A DNA stretch of 58,207 nucleotides, filler included, from Sphacelaria rigidula (taxonomy: Eukaryota): NCBI GenBank assembly GCA_964200075.2. It is 10 parts of 10 records of this genome, joined end to end, with 100 filler letters (N's around TTAATTAATTAA, not from the genome) between each part and the next. Parts side by side here need not be neighbours in the genome. Positions count along the whole stretch, not along the records: positions 1 to 5,731 come from CAXNAA020024888.1; positions 5,832 to 11,562 come from CAXNAA020024889.1; positions 11,663 to 17,393 come from CAXNAA020024890.1; 7 more parts are not named here. The stretch is one strand, 5' to 3'. Shown in pieces: positions 1 to 11,729 of the stretch; position 1 is the first letter of the stretch; each line of letters begins with the position of its first letter. The position numbers and the translations under genes were made by a program. Under the pieces are notes generated by a model. The model saw only the letters and a program-made list of their open reading frames with translations. It was not told where the DNA came from and did no database searches.

Positions 1-422
1 GTGTTGGAGTGGTCTTAAGAAAAGAACCCAAAAGTCGATACAAGGGGGGGGAAGAGGGGGGGGGGGGGGGGTGGTATTTGATTCCACGAAAAACAGGGGC
101 TCATCAGTGTGTCAGACGATTAAATACGCTCGCGGTGCACCTGAATGTGGGTGGAAACGGTGTCAACAAGAGTATGAATGAGTGTGTCTCATTCATACCA
201 AGTGCATTCGAACAAAACTTTCTCGTTTCAAAGACGATTTGTAAGTGGCATTTTCGTTGAAGAAATGGTGCAAAATATCCCGTTTCCCCTATCGTAGGAT
301 GACTCCTAACAAAAAGAACCTGAAACAATACTGCGCGTCTGTCCTTGTGATCGTCTCTTTTGTGCGGAACCGCTGGGTAGGTAGTATTCGGCCCGGGGGC
401 TAGACGACATAGCGGTTCTTAC

Positions 423-3400
423 CTCTGTTACCACGCGATCGTACTCGGTCAGGGCCCAGTGCAGGTCGTGATAATAGCTCTTGAATTTCACCTCCTGTTG
501 TGTTGCACAGCGGCGGGATGTACGAAGAACATGGATAAGGTATCCACGCATGCACACGGTACCATGATCCTTCAGCACACTGCGATCGAAAACGAGGGGT
601 ATATCCGAGGAGATTACAGGCCACGCGCTGCCGTTCCCCTGTCAGTGCTTCATTTAGTACATGCGCAGCCACCCTCGACGTGCGGCCAATCAATCTATTG
701 TAGGGGCGGCTCTTCACGCAGCAGTAAATGAAGCCACGCGCTTTCATCTCAGCGCGTTACTCGCTTTGGGCGGTCGGGTTTCTTTACCGTGTTCAAAAGC
801 ATTCAAGCCTGTTATGAAGGGTTCGCTACGGCCGGCAGCTTGTGTTGAAAAGTGTTGATTATCTTACGCGCCTGGAACAGAGCAATCTTGGCTGACTCCG
901 GGATCTCAATGCCCATGCGGTCAAGTATCTTCGCCTCTCGAATAAGCTGCAGAATTTCTTGGTCGAAGTTGACGTACAGCTTTCCGTCATCCGGATGTCG
1001 AATGATCAGCGTCGCCTGTGGTTCAAGATCCGCGATGGCGCACACCGCAGCAAGGGATCAGCCAGGCATTATGACATCCCCCCAATCAAGTACGTCGCGA
1101 TGTGTGTGTATCCTTGATTGGAGTCAAAAACACGTGGAGAGCGTTTCTATTCACAAGTAAGTATACCATACAGAAGAAGTGAAGATTCAAATACTATTAT
1201 TTGATATTAACAAGCTCAATCGCACTCTGTGTATATCACTTATTCAAATAAAAACATTCGTTGGAGACCGTTTTGTACTCACATCCCATACAGAAGAAGG
1301 TAACACTTGAAAAAAGCCAGCCGATATAAAACAAGCTCAAACGAACTTTAGAAGCAGTCGAATGCTTCGATTCTACGCACGACCAGGTTACCACGATGAA
1401 CTGAGGGGAAATAGATGAAACGACGCGAGAATTTCATCTTAGCAATGCTACGGCAGGGGCTGCACTTTTTTTTAGCGAAAACGTATCTCGAGGCTGCTCG
1501 GGGTGTGTGGACGGATCATTCTGAGAATTGGCATCATTTGTTTTTGAAAAAGACTGAAAATGATGCCGATTCACGAAAAGGCCCCTGCGTGCAAACACCA
1601 TGTTTCGAGGAGGCCCGTCTCCGGAGATTTGGGTTGCACAGTAAGCCCTGCATATTTCGGCTCCTACAAAAAAGAGACCCAGAAACAAAACGTGCAACCC
1701 CTACCGTAGCATTGTTCATGTCGGTGTCCCTGGGAACGAATCGACAACGACGTAACGACGACGGAAACTCGTCGTTCGAGTGCCAAGTACATATCATACT
1801 TCTAACTGCCCGCCGTTAATGCTGACTGTTCACGGATCCCCGATGGCACACCAACCTGCAACCCAGCCTTCGCTTGTTCGATGCTTTGCACCCATGCCTG
1901 GTACCAAAGATATTCGAAGGCAACCAGCGTTCGCGCGACCTTGTTGTAGATCTGCCGAGGAACACGAGAGGGTTTAGAGGAAATCGACGGGGTTTATCGA
2001 TACAGTTTTCCTTGCACGCATACAACTGTCGCAGTAAAAATTAGTGCTTCAATATGACCAAAGTGCAGCGAATACCCTGACATCACCCTGTAGCATGACA
2101 TTTTATAGTTTATCAGGGTGAACACAGAAGATGTGCTGTCTTCCTCCATCACTCTTTCAATCCAGTGTGCCCATGATTCCTCGCCACAAAGGCGTTCAGG
2201 TTAAAACATAATATAGGGATCCGCACCGCAGCGAAACAAGGAAAGAACGTTGAAACGTATCCGATCCCATCCATTCGGCGCTCGCCACACAACGTCAGGA
2301 ATTCCACATTGCCATTGTTTTGAGTTTAAATCAATCAGGAAACATGTAGACCTAACCCTGTGGTCATATTTGATCGCCTCTGCAACAGAAACGATCCAAA
2401 AGGCTCGCGTGCCAAATTAAATTCTTTCGCGTGGGACCGGAAAGTTCAGTATTCAGCGTATCCGGTAAACGCCTCCAAAGGTCTTGTCCGAAAGTAGAAA
2501 CCTCACTAGGAAGTCTATGTGCGCGCATTTTCTACCATAGCAAGCTTTCGCACCCTGGATAACGACGAGGAAGTACATTGACAATAATTCTACCGTGTAC
2601 AGTATCAACTATTACCAGCTATTGCCAACAGGAAATAGATTTCATACTGTACGCAGTACATTTTTGACAATGTAATCTACTGCCATTGTCCGCAGTGTGC
2701 AAGATTTTGCCTCGTACGGCGTTAGTGAATCGAAGCGTTTACGAGGGTATTACCTACTGAAAGCTGTTTGACATCAGCGTAGTGAGTGAGCCGACATGAA
2801 AGTTCACTATATTCTGACCTTGATGATTCTCTTGGCATCCTTCCCCGCCAGGACGTTCTGGTTGCTCTCAAACTGCTTCATGGGCTCTTCGATTCGTTTG
2901 AGGAGATGCCTGCGTTTTGTCATGTTTTTGTAACCGGATTTCGACCCATGCAGGAGGACATGGGACAAAGGCAGCCAAAAAGAAACCGCTAAGGAGTTAA
3001 AGATACAGCACCAAAGATTATTTTGCAGAGATACAGCACCTGTACCGTTGTTCAGGACCAATCGTGAGTTTCCGGAGTTGCAACGTGGCAAATAATTTTC
3101 GCGTCTCCCTCGAAGTATCCTTTCCTCATTGCCGTCTACAAATATCTTCCGCCTCCGGTAAGAAAACAATGCCCTTCCCGCTTCCTGAGGGAAAAGGAGG
3201 TAGGCTATTCCAAGGATGGAATGACGGAGTTGTAATCTCTCCAATTTCACCCCGCAACCCTCTATTCACCTCACGGTTTACCTAAACACGTGCACGACTC
3301 TTTACCTTGACCACGTGATATTACCCGCCACGGGAGGCAAGTTACGGGAAATTGGAGGGTCGTGTTTCTGTTTTTCGTAGAGCTGTTGCACCTGCTCCAA

Positions 3401-5115
3401 CTCCATGCCGTAGTTCTGAAATATAAAAACACAAGAAGCACGAAGGGACGAGAAAAAAAAGAAGTAAAAAAAAGAAACGGGAAAAGAGCAACAAAACAAA
3501 CAATTCACTAACTAACTCTCTGAGAAGGGGGAAGACTTGTACGAAGCTCAAGGTCGTATATATTACGATGCCGCGCCACCTCTGGCAGTGTTTCGCGTTT
3601 GATCCCCCGGACCGCGAAGCACTGCAGTCACTTTGACTCTGCTCATAACATGGTTAAGTGATTCCATTCCCGTGTGCAAATCCTCCTGCAATAAAGATCC
3701 CCAACTAGTGTACGGTTAGAGGGCTAAGAAAATGTCGAACGTTTTAAGGCTCCTTTTAAGACGGGGTCCTGGAAACGGGATTTTATAAGAAAAAGAACTG
3801 AGATCGAAATTATACGTGAATATTGCAACCTGGTACCGAGTAGTCAAACGTATTAATCTGAACACTTCAGAGGTACGTTTAACCCTGTACTTGTTGCAAC
3901 ATTCTCAACAATTCCAACCTCTGCTCGTTCTCGTAGAAAAGTCTCGTTCTCATTTTACAGCATCCCGTGTTCTTTACACGTGTCCGGTAGTGCAAGAGCC
4001 TGGTCGACCCTGGTTAATCCTTCATCGGGCAACGTCCAAGTGATCGACGCTGGCTATGGGTAGCTATAGAGCACCGCGTTTCCGAGAAATTTCCTTGAAA
4101 ATTCGTCTTTCTTGGCTATCCCCGTAGCTGATGCTTCACGCTATTTCTCCGCGACCCTTGCATGCGTGGCGCAGTGGTCTTACCTGAAAGATGATGTTGA
4201 GCTTAGAATCCAGATCAGACTTAAGGCTCTCTCTCTGCAGGATGGATTGGAACTTATGCAAGAGCTTGAGGGAATGCTCGATGGAGGTGATATTCTCGAA
4301 GCTCTGGTTAATGAAGGCCTGTGAATACCCGATGCATACGGAAGAGTGGGATACGCCGAACAGGAGCTTGGTTGTCGCGGATGCAAAGTCACTTCCCCGC
4401 AGCACATTGTGGGACGTCACAAACGGGACAAAGAGCGACACGACACCTTGTTTTGCGAGCGACGAGGAATGCGCACTGCTGCAGCATATCAATGAACCCG
4501 GATCACGATTCTCCACAAGAATCGGTCCTTCAATTATCCCGCAACAGCGTACAAAAGCCGGACGGTTTTCATCATTATTTACTCCTACTATGTTATTGTT
4601 ATTATTAGTACTAGTATAGTTCGTATTACGGTTGTTAGGGTTCATATTACGATTATTGTTGTTGCTGTTTTACTGCCATCATTGCGGTTTGTCTTGTTAT
4701 TTCTATGCTTATTACCACTAATATCATCATTTTTATTGTCATCATCATTATCATCCCTATCACTGTTATCACCATTATTATCATCCTCATCCCCATTATA
4801 ATTATTGATACCCCTCACGATACCACCTGTAGAATATACACCCATGAGATGGTTTGTCATCTTCCACCAGAGTGACCCGATCTCTTGTTCTGAAGTGCAC
4901 AAAAGCGGCGTGAATTCGGGAAGTTCATGGGAAGGGATACGGGCACACACAGCACTTGCCTGTAAACTGCACTCGAGGTCCGAAATCTTGACGTTAAACT
5001 CAACATAGTCACGGTCGAACTTGTTGTTATGATATGCCAACAGGTCGTGCCGCTTCAGCCTGAAGTCTTTCACGATCGAATGAAATTGATCAATCAATCC
5101 TTCCATGCCCTCCAG
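423..5115 (-). CDS. Axonemal dynein heavy chain, internal N-terminal (DHC_N1/tail) fragment, outer-arm gamma/DNAH5-DNAH8-like; 7 exons, partial at both ends
   Basis: Minus-strand exons 5115-4960, 4318-4184, 3415-3306, 2909-2819, 1951-1856, 1015-872 and 494-423 splice in frame (804 nt, 268 codons), each with an AG acceptor. The product reads LEGMEGLIDQF...FDRDYVEFN...AFINQSFENI...RNLPPVAGNITWSRHLLKRIEEPM...IYNKVARTLVAFEYLWYQAW...LQATLIIRHP...LYVNFDQEILQLIREAK...EVKFKSYY, which matches remembered DNAH5/8-type motifs. Confidence 0.93.
4570..4812. repeat. Degenerate (ATT/ATC)n trinucleotide low-complexity tract in a dynein intron
   Basis: Runs such as attatcatcatcattatcatcc. They produce the spurious N/D-rich ORF extensions in the ORF track. 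Confidence 0.75.
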
Positions 5116-5564
5116 CTGAGAAAGGCACGAGCCAACAGCACGAGGCGTGCAGTCAACGGTGCACGACGCAAGGAGTGGAGAAAATACAAACGAAGCAGGG
5201 GGCGCTGGGGATTCCGCGCCTTAGACTCTGCATTTGAGCGAGCATATGCAAACGTGCTGGTAAAAGTCGACGTAAGCAGCCGCGACAAAGTAATTTTCAA
5301 TTTACTCAAGTCAGACCAATACTAACGCACACTTGAAATATTCAACAGCGCATGAGTGGTGCCGCGACATGGCCCCCCGACCCACAAAAGTGGCTGATTT
5401 GAGGAGGCAAAATCTACATGCGAATCATAATTACAACAAGCAAGCACACCGAGCAGCTACGAACTCCCACGTCTCGTATTTTTTTCACCAGTGTCGCCCA
5501 TATGAGGCGCTTCATGCAGTGTGAAACCAAGTGTGACAGGTTTGGGGCTGGTTTGGGGGAGGGG

Positions 5565-5731
5565 GTAGAGGGGAGGGGGGGGGGGGGCGTACTCATTTGT
5601 TGCTCGCCTTAGTCGTATGACCATTGACCACGCATTCCTTTCGAGACGAAGCAAGGGGGGAGGGGGGGGGGGGCGTACTCATCTGGTGCTCGCCTTAGTC
5701 GTATGACCATTGACAAGGGATCCCTTTGCAG
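5565..5731 (-). mobile_element. Two tandem 3'-end copies of the poly(C)-tailed non-LTR retroelement
   Basis: G-run followed by CGTACTCAT(T/C)TG(T/G)TGCTCGCCTTAGTCGTATGACCATTGAC occurs twice (about 5588 and 5674). The second copy is cut by the contig end. Confidence 0.8.
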
Positions 5732-5831
5732 NNNNNNNNNNNNNNNNNNNNNNNNNNNNNNNNNNNNNNNNNNNNTTAATTAATTAANNNNNNNNNNNNN
5801 NNNNNNNNNNNNNNNNNNNNNNNNNNNNNNN
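5732..5831. other. Artificial contig-joining linker (N44-TTAATTAATTAA-N44); repeated at 11563, 17394, 23225, 29056, 34887, 40718, 46548 and 52378
   Basis: The same 100-nt spacer, with stops in all six frames, separates segments of 5731 or 5730 bp. Confidence 0.98.
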
Positions 5832-5869
5832 GGGGTTGGTGGGTTGTGGTGGCGGTGGTGGGTGGGGGG

Positions 5870-5903
<34 letters not shown>

Positions 5904-6228
5904 TCAGGGATAAATAACCCCCAGGTGGGAAGTTCCTTGGAAATGCGAATAAAGTGCCCATGTGTGAGTTCCCTTACGTACCACTGCTCTACTCGTCATT
6001 AACCAGAAGGCTGGGTAGATGGGGCAAAAGGAAAATAGCGTTCATCACATGGGTTTACCTGGCTCAAAGAAAAATTCACCCTTACTCGTGTGCACGGCTG
6101 CTGCCGACGAACCGAGTTTCGATCACTCGAAAGGGTCTTTTGGAGCCGTAGCCATTTGGCGATAATAACGTCGACAGTAGATGGCTTACTTTTGAAGGAG
6201 CACGCCATTTTCGTGCGTGCTAGAAATT

Positions 6229-6489
6229 TTATAGGTAGATGCCAGCGGACCATCTTCTTTCTCTCGACGAATTTGATATAAGCTGTAGACTAAGCCCAAA
6301 GGGCATAAAATGCTCCACATTTACGTCCCATCTGAGAACTGCGATCCCGAGGAGTCGTGTGCGGCAGTTGCGAAAACATATGACACGTACATTGCGATAC
6401 GCACAAAGTAAACCGAGCAGTACGTGTGCTTGTATTCGGAATAGAGAAGGTGCTCCGTCCCACCAGGATAAACATGTCATCAGTAGCAT
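6229..6489 (-). pseudogene. Possible degenerate hAT-transposase C-terminal dimerisation remnant
   Basis: Across frames it reads LSWW...PNTSTRTARFTLCVS...MFSQ...DRSS...NVEHFM, loosely like the hATC pattern WW..FP.L..LAR..L...ERxFS...RS.L...VE.LMF. The match is weak and frameshifted. Confidence 0.3.
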
Positions 6490-6922
6490 ACTGGCATCTA
6501 CAAAATTCGGAGTGTTCTCTAGTATGCGCGAAGTTGCTGCGCCCCTTCAGAAGCCTTCAACGTAGAGAGAAGCTAGATGTCCCAAATGCTGAGATTGACC
6601 ACCATTGTAATACTTCCATGATATTTACAGCTGCCGGTGCTTCTCGGTATTACTATCTCTGATTCTTTCGACAGACGTCAAATCTCAGAGCATCCCTCGA
6701 AGGAACACGTGCGCCGGCGCGCGTGCTGGCATTTGATGAACGAGAGGGTCCTGATACTCACAAGTCGACGCCAGGTGGGAAGATAATTGATGCCCATGCT
6801 ACGACCGGTGTTTCTAAGGTATCGCCTTCGAACCGAGACCACGGGTTGTCATCGACGCCTCTGGCTACAGTGCCAATGGCATCATATGTCGTAAGGACTG
6901 CAGAGGTAAAATCAGCGACCGA

Positions 6923-7500
6923 TTGTGTTCAAGAAGCGAATAGTTCAACCTGTGACGGTTTAAGAGACAACCACCTAGACTACTGACCAGTCGGCGCTGA
7001 CTGGTCAGTAGTCTACTTGGTTGTCTCTTAAACCGTCGCAAAAGTTAGTCGCTGGTTCGATTCCCGTCGGATGCACTTTCTTTGAAGAAAAAAGAGGAGA
7101 GAAAACCTTGGCAAGACATTGTCCCAAATAAAACGGGAGGGGTATAGCCAGGTGGCTATGTTTGGAGTGTACTGCTAAGAACCCCAGTGCACACACTCTG
7201 GAAATGAGTGGGCGAGACGCGTAACTCTAGGGTACGGTGAGAGTGTCAACATTAGAAGTGCTGATTGCAGTCAATAGAGCGCTGGCAAGGGGAGTCGCCC
7301 TCCTCGGAGTGAAAGTGACGGGGATCAAACCCCCACGACTAACTTTTGTGACAGTTTGAGAGAAAACCAATTAGACTACTGACCAGTCAGCGCTGACTAG
7401 TCAGTAGTGTAATTGGTTTTCTCTTAAACCGTCACAAACCCATCGAAAACCAGTGAGCGCTCACTGGTTCAATGGGTAAACTGTTCGCTTCCTGAACAGA
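6923..7500. mobile_element. Foldback element with internal palindromes and inward-pointing tRNA-like (B-box) sequences
   Basis: Near-perfect ~90-nt palindromes are centred at 6995/6996 and 7391/7392. GGTTCGATTCCCG lies at ~7054 and a reverse counterpart at ~7321. The outer arms TGTTCAAGAAGCGAATAGTT and AACTGTTCGCTTCCTGAACA are inverted copies. Confidence 0.7.
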
Positions 7501-8020
7501 AGTTGCGTCAGCTACCGACCTGGTGCGACCAGTGCCAGATACGCTAGACCCTGCGATCGAAGTGTTCATCGAATAGTACATTATAAAATAGATACACATA
7601 CACGTGATTCAGAAACCAGCAGGGAAGGAGCAAGAGACGACTCCTCTGTCCATCCAACCACGTTATTTCTACTCTTGAACACAACCCAACTAACGCTACG
7701 TGATCATCATCGTCTTTGTTGCTTCGAAACAACAAGTCCCAACGAACGTCAATTATGCGTCTGCTGATAAGTCCGATGGCATCCAGGATCAAAGTGATGT
7801 CACATTATAAGGATAGCAGGGGGGGGTCCGAGCCACATCTTGCGCGAAGGAGCCGGTTTGCAGCGTCGATGTACTGGGCACATTTTATTTCAAAGGTTCT
7901 TGGATTCAACGTAAAACACGTTATTACACCGCTTGATATTATTCTCGAAGAAAAAACACGCCCATAGATAACGTGGCTTCTGAAACACTCTTGGGAACTA
8001 ATTTCTACGTATAATAAAAC

Positions 8021-10192
8021 ATGCCCCTTTCCATCGTAGGACCATTCATCATTCCCTCGGCGAAGGAATCAGCGGTCGGGCGTGGCGCATCACGCCTGAC
8101 CGAGAAGTCGCCACGAGTAGCAAACACGAAGGGAACAGGCATGGGAAGAAATGGCGTTGTAGACAAGGATGTTCGAAAAATTCGCATTCGCGCACGGTCC
8201 GGACCCACTATCGTCGCACCGCCAGCACCACTACCACCGATTACCCAAGTCTCGGCTGCGGTAGGAGAAAACTGTGCGAGAGCCCCTGCAGGTGAGGACG
8301 ACATCACGCCCGCATCACAGCAATATCTCAAGGCCGTTTCAACAACGGGAGGAGTTACAGGAGATTTCAGTAGCAAGCACGTGGACAAGAGTCGGGCTCG
8401 CAAGTCGTCGTCCTCTGCCACAGCCGCATCGTGCGGCGATCTCGGGCAGCTCAAGCAGCAATCAAGCGTACGAGCGGTAGCGGCTGCTACGGATGATCGC
8501 TATGCAGAGCAATCGACGAGCAAGAATCATCAACATTGTCGTTCTCGTAGCAAAGTAGCGTCGACCGTACGGTGTACCGTCACTCCCAGTGCGGGAGGGA
8601 AGTCTATATCAGGGAGTAAAGATGGCAAAGGTCTGGCTCGTACGCATTCGCAGCAGGCGGCTCGAATAACTACATCTACTATGCGTCCGGAGACGATGCA
8701 CTCAGTGCCTAGGGTAAAACCTTCGAAAGTTCCAGGGGAAGCGCCTCCCGCTACTACGGCCAATGAAACCACACTATCTTGCGGCGAGATATGCAAAAAT
8801 GGGTACGATATTTACGGTTTTAGGGATCCCAGGCAGGCGTACAAACGGCAGCAAATCCTCCGGCTTGCAAAGGCTGACATTGAGTACGTGAAAAGAACAA
8901 AGGATCTCCAGCGAGCTGAAAATGATCTCCAGCGCTGCAAGATGCAGCACGCCCAAGCGATGAATTGGTCTTGCTGGGCGAACGCTCGGGTACAGAGCGC
9001 GTCCCAGGCCGTTTGCGCTCTTCCGGTGTGGGAAAAAGAGGCGACAGCCGCGCTGGAAATGGCGCGCCTGGAGAAATTCAACTCAGAGGACACGGCTCGG
9101 GACGCCGAAGGATACCTTCGCCTCTCGCGAAGCAGGTTGGCCGAGGCTAGTAAGAGTTTGCTCTGCGACAAGGTGGTCGCCAAGAAGCGGGCAGAACTGG
9201 CGTTGCGTCGGTACGATGGTGAGATACAAGAAGATGTGAGGGACGAGCCTGTCGGAGATTCGTCTGCTGCACTCGATGCTCTCGAGGAGTACTGCAAGAA
9301 AATGGAAACCGCTGGGAAAGCAGGTGTTATGCACTCCGTAGGAATCAATCTACAAAGCGAAGAAACAACGGAGCAAGGTACTGTCAAGCAGGCTATCAGC
9401 AGTGCTACTTCACGCAAGCGCGGCAGAGACAGTGATACCGCTACCGTTGACTATCTCGATGGTGACTCCAGCACCGCTAAAGGCGAACAGTGCTTCCACA
9501 GAAGCAGTCGTCGGCCAGAACGCAAGTTTTTGACCCAACGAGAGATCGAAGAGGCTTTGAGAAGGGGACAGATCGCAGAAAATGCCATCAGGGAACGCAT
9601 TGCGAGGCGAGAGACCACGGTGTGCGCGGCAGTGAACATTCCGACTGGGAAGGAGGACTCGCTGGAGGCAGACAAGACTGAACACTGCCCCCATGAAAAA
9701 CAGTATGAAACCCGAGCTCTACTGCTCCACGCCGTCAACGTCGCGAAGTTCGAGGTCGAAGCCACCCAGCGAGACATTTGGGAGTTGTCGAAAGCTGCGG
9801 CGTGCGCTAGTTTGGCGCTCGACATGGCGCGCGCCGACCCAAGAGTTGTGACGGCCACGGCCATGCTGGCGGCCGCGGAGCAGGCACTCGAGACGGCCAA
9901 GAGGAACAAGGGCCCCGCCCGCCTGTGGATGGATAGAGAGCTCGACAATAAGAAAAAAGCGCACGATTGGGAGATTCACGTTAGAGGGGAGCTGGCGCGC
10001 TCGTATGAGCGGTGGAAGGTTGCTGAAATTGAGTCCGAAAAGGCGAAGATGGAGAAAAATGCAGCGGCCGCTGCGGTGGACGCCCTCCCAGAAGAGATAA
10101 AGCGGGGTTTCCGGTGCACCCCTCATAACATGTTCAACTTAGTCGTGGAGGAGTCGTACTACAAAGATATGCACGATGACGATGAGCTGTAG
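8021..10192 (+). CDS. Hypothetical 723-aa intronless protein: disordered S/T/K/R-rich N-terminus and two Ala/Glu/Lys-rich predicted coiled-coil regions
   Basis: A 2172-nt ATG-to-TAG ORF, far longer than chance. It has an AT-rich upstream context (TATAATAAAAC-ATG) and helical composition. No family recognised. Confidence 0.7.
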   Translation: MPLSIVGPFIIPSAKESAVGRGASRLTEKSPRVANTKGTGMGRNGVVDKDVRKIRIRARSGPTIVAPPAPLPPITQVSAAVGENCARAPAGEDDITPASQQYLKAVSTTGGVTGDFSSKHVDKSRARKSSSSATAASCGDLGQLKQQSSVRAVAAATDDRYAEQSTSKNHQHCRSRSKVASTVRCTVTPSAGGKSISGSKDGKGLARTHSQQAARITTSTMRPETMHSVPRVKPSKVPGEAPPATTANETTLSCGEICKNGYDIYGFRDPRQAYKRQQILRLAKADIEYVKRTKDLQRAENDLQRCKMQHAQAMNWSCWANARVQSASQAVCALPVWEKEATAALEMARLEKFNSEDTARDAEGYLRLSRSRLAEASKSLLCDKVVAKKRAELALRRYDGEIQEDVRDEPVGDSSAALDALEEYCKKMETAGKAGVMHSVGINLQSEETTEQGTVKQAISSATSRKRGRDSDTATVDYLDGDSSTAKGEQCFHRSSRRPERKFLTQREIEEALRRGQIAENAIRERIARRETTVCAAVNIPTGKEDSLEADKTEHCPHEKQYETRALLLHAVNVAKFEVEATQRDIWELSKAAACASLALDMARADPRVVTATAMLAAAEQALETAKRNKGPARLWMDRELDNKKKAHDWEIHVRGELARSYERWKVAEIESEKAKMEKNAAAAAVDALPEEIKRGFRCTPHNMFNLVVEESYYKDMHDDDEL

Positions 10193-11239
10193 ACGCCATG
10201 TTTCAACATAGGGTCGCCTTGACCCTCATCCTAAAGCGTACATAACCCTTGACAGTAAAATGTAGCAAATCCTGGATGACTTTTGAGCTCATTGAAAATG
10301 AAGACTTTGAAGGGGATGGAGGGGACAGCTTAAGCATATACAGATGTGATTTTGTGAGCTTCGCATTTAATTTGAAAAGGGTACGCATGTAAGCATGACT
10401 ACACAGAAGCTAGTCGATAATGGGAGGTTAGCTTGGTACAGTAATGACCTTACGTGTGCTCTTACTTTCGATTAGCCAGGGGCTAACGCCGTGATCAAAG
10501 CGTGCCATTCCGTAAGGGCGACTGATGCGAAAGCGTTAGGCAGGCGTTAATGTTCGACGTTCCATTTCATTGCAGCTTCGAAGCTTGCTGCTGTAGACCT
10601 GCCATTACCCTTGCATGCTGTTCCTAGAAATACCAATCAAGAGATTCACAGTTTTTTCGGTCAACGCAATAGTCCCAACGACACGATGATGGACGTAGTA
10701 CAGTAGTCTAAGAAGAGGGCTGGGGTGGAAGCGAGCAAGGTGTGGTGGAGTATAACGCGAAAAAAGGAAAGAAGGAAGAACAACTACCGAAAAACGTATT
10801 AGAGCCAAGACACCAAATAAGAATAATTTGAGTGGAGACGCAGAATGTAACTAGCCCCATATCCTGCTACCACTAGTGCGGTATTCCCGGTACCAATAGA
10901 CATTCCCGACTTCATGAATTTAATCTTGGTCAAGAGGGTTTCGATTGGATGGCCAGAATAGAAGGCAGGGTTGGAGGGGGGTTTTACAAGAAGTGCAAGC
11001 GCCTGGTGCAGACTTGCCCAACAGTGTGTATGTGTGGTATGATGTACAGTATACAATAGTAGGCGATGAAAATATCGTGCTCCTGTAAGAAGTGATAGCG
11101 CCTGGTGGAGACGTGTCCTACCGTGTGTACGTGTTCTAAGATGAACAATGATAGGCAAATGGAAATATTGTGTTCCAGAGCAGTGTATATATGGCATACC
11201 ATCACGATTACCGCGTGTAACGAGCTGAATTGCCGAGGC

Positions 11240-11330
11240 GGAGGGAGGCGGCGTCGTACTCATTTGTTGCGTGCCTCCTGAATCATTTGACCATTAACAA
11301 CACACCCCTATCGAGACAGAGCACCGTTCG
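11240..11330 (-). mobile_element. Diverged 3'-end copy of the poly(C)-tailed LINE; another stub lies at 11501-11562
   Basis: GTACTCATTTGTTGCGTGCC...TTTGACCATT...CGAGACAGAGCACCGTTC preceded by a G-rich tract. Confidence 0.65.
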
Positions 11331-11729
11331 CCGGGGCGGAAGGGGGAACCTGAAAACCATTTGTTCGCTTGATGTTAACGTTGACCTTGTCTTTCGAGGC
11401 ATGTACAAGTATCGTAGTATAGTAGTACGCAAGGAGGGAGTTAAGCGGATAGTTCGCGAATGTTGAAGTTTCATAGTCGAAAAATACGGAGCCATGTACG
11501 GCGGGAGGGGGAGGAGGGGGGGGGTGTACTCATGATCATGCATGCCATAGTCATCAGACCATNNNNNNNNNNNNNNNNNNNNNNNNNNNNNNNNNNNNNN
11601 NNNNNNTTAATTAATTAANNNNNNNNNNNNNNNNNNNNNNNNNNNNNNNNNNNNNNNNNNNNGGGGCGAGGGATAGCACACACGCAGGGGCTGAGGTTGT
11701 GTGAGACGGGCATGGGACCAGCAACGCGT

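Noticed and set aside
4136..5106. Asn/Asp-rich ORF extensions
   Set aside because: They are read-through of dynein exons into an intronic microsatellite.
5776..5787. Regularly spaced TTAATTAATTAA motif as a biological repeat or CRISPR-like array
   Set aside because: It is embedded in N-runs and is an artificial linker.
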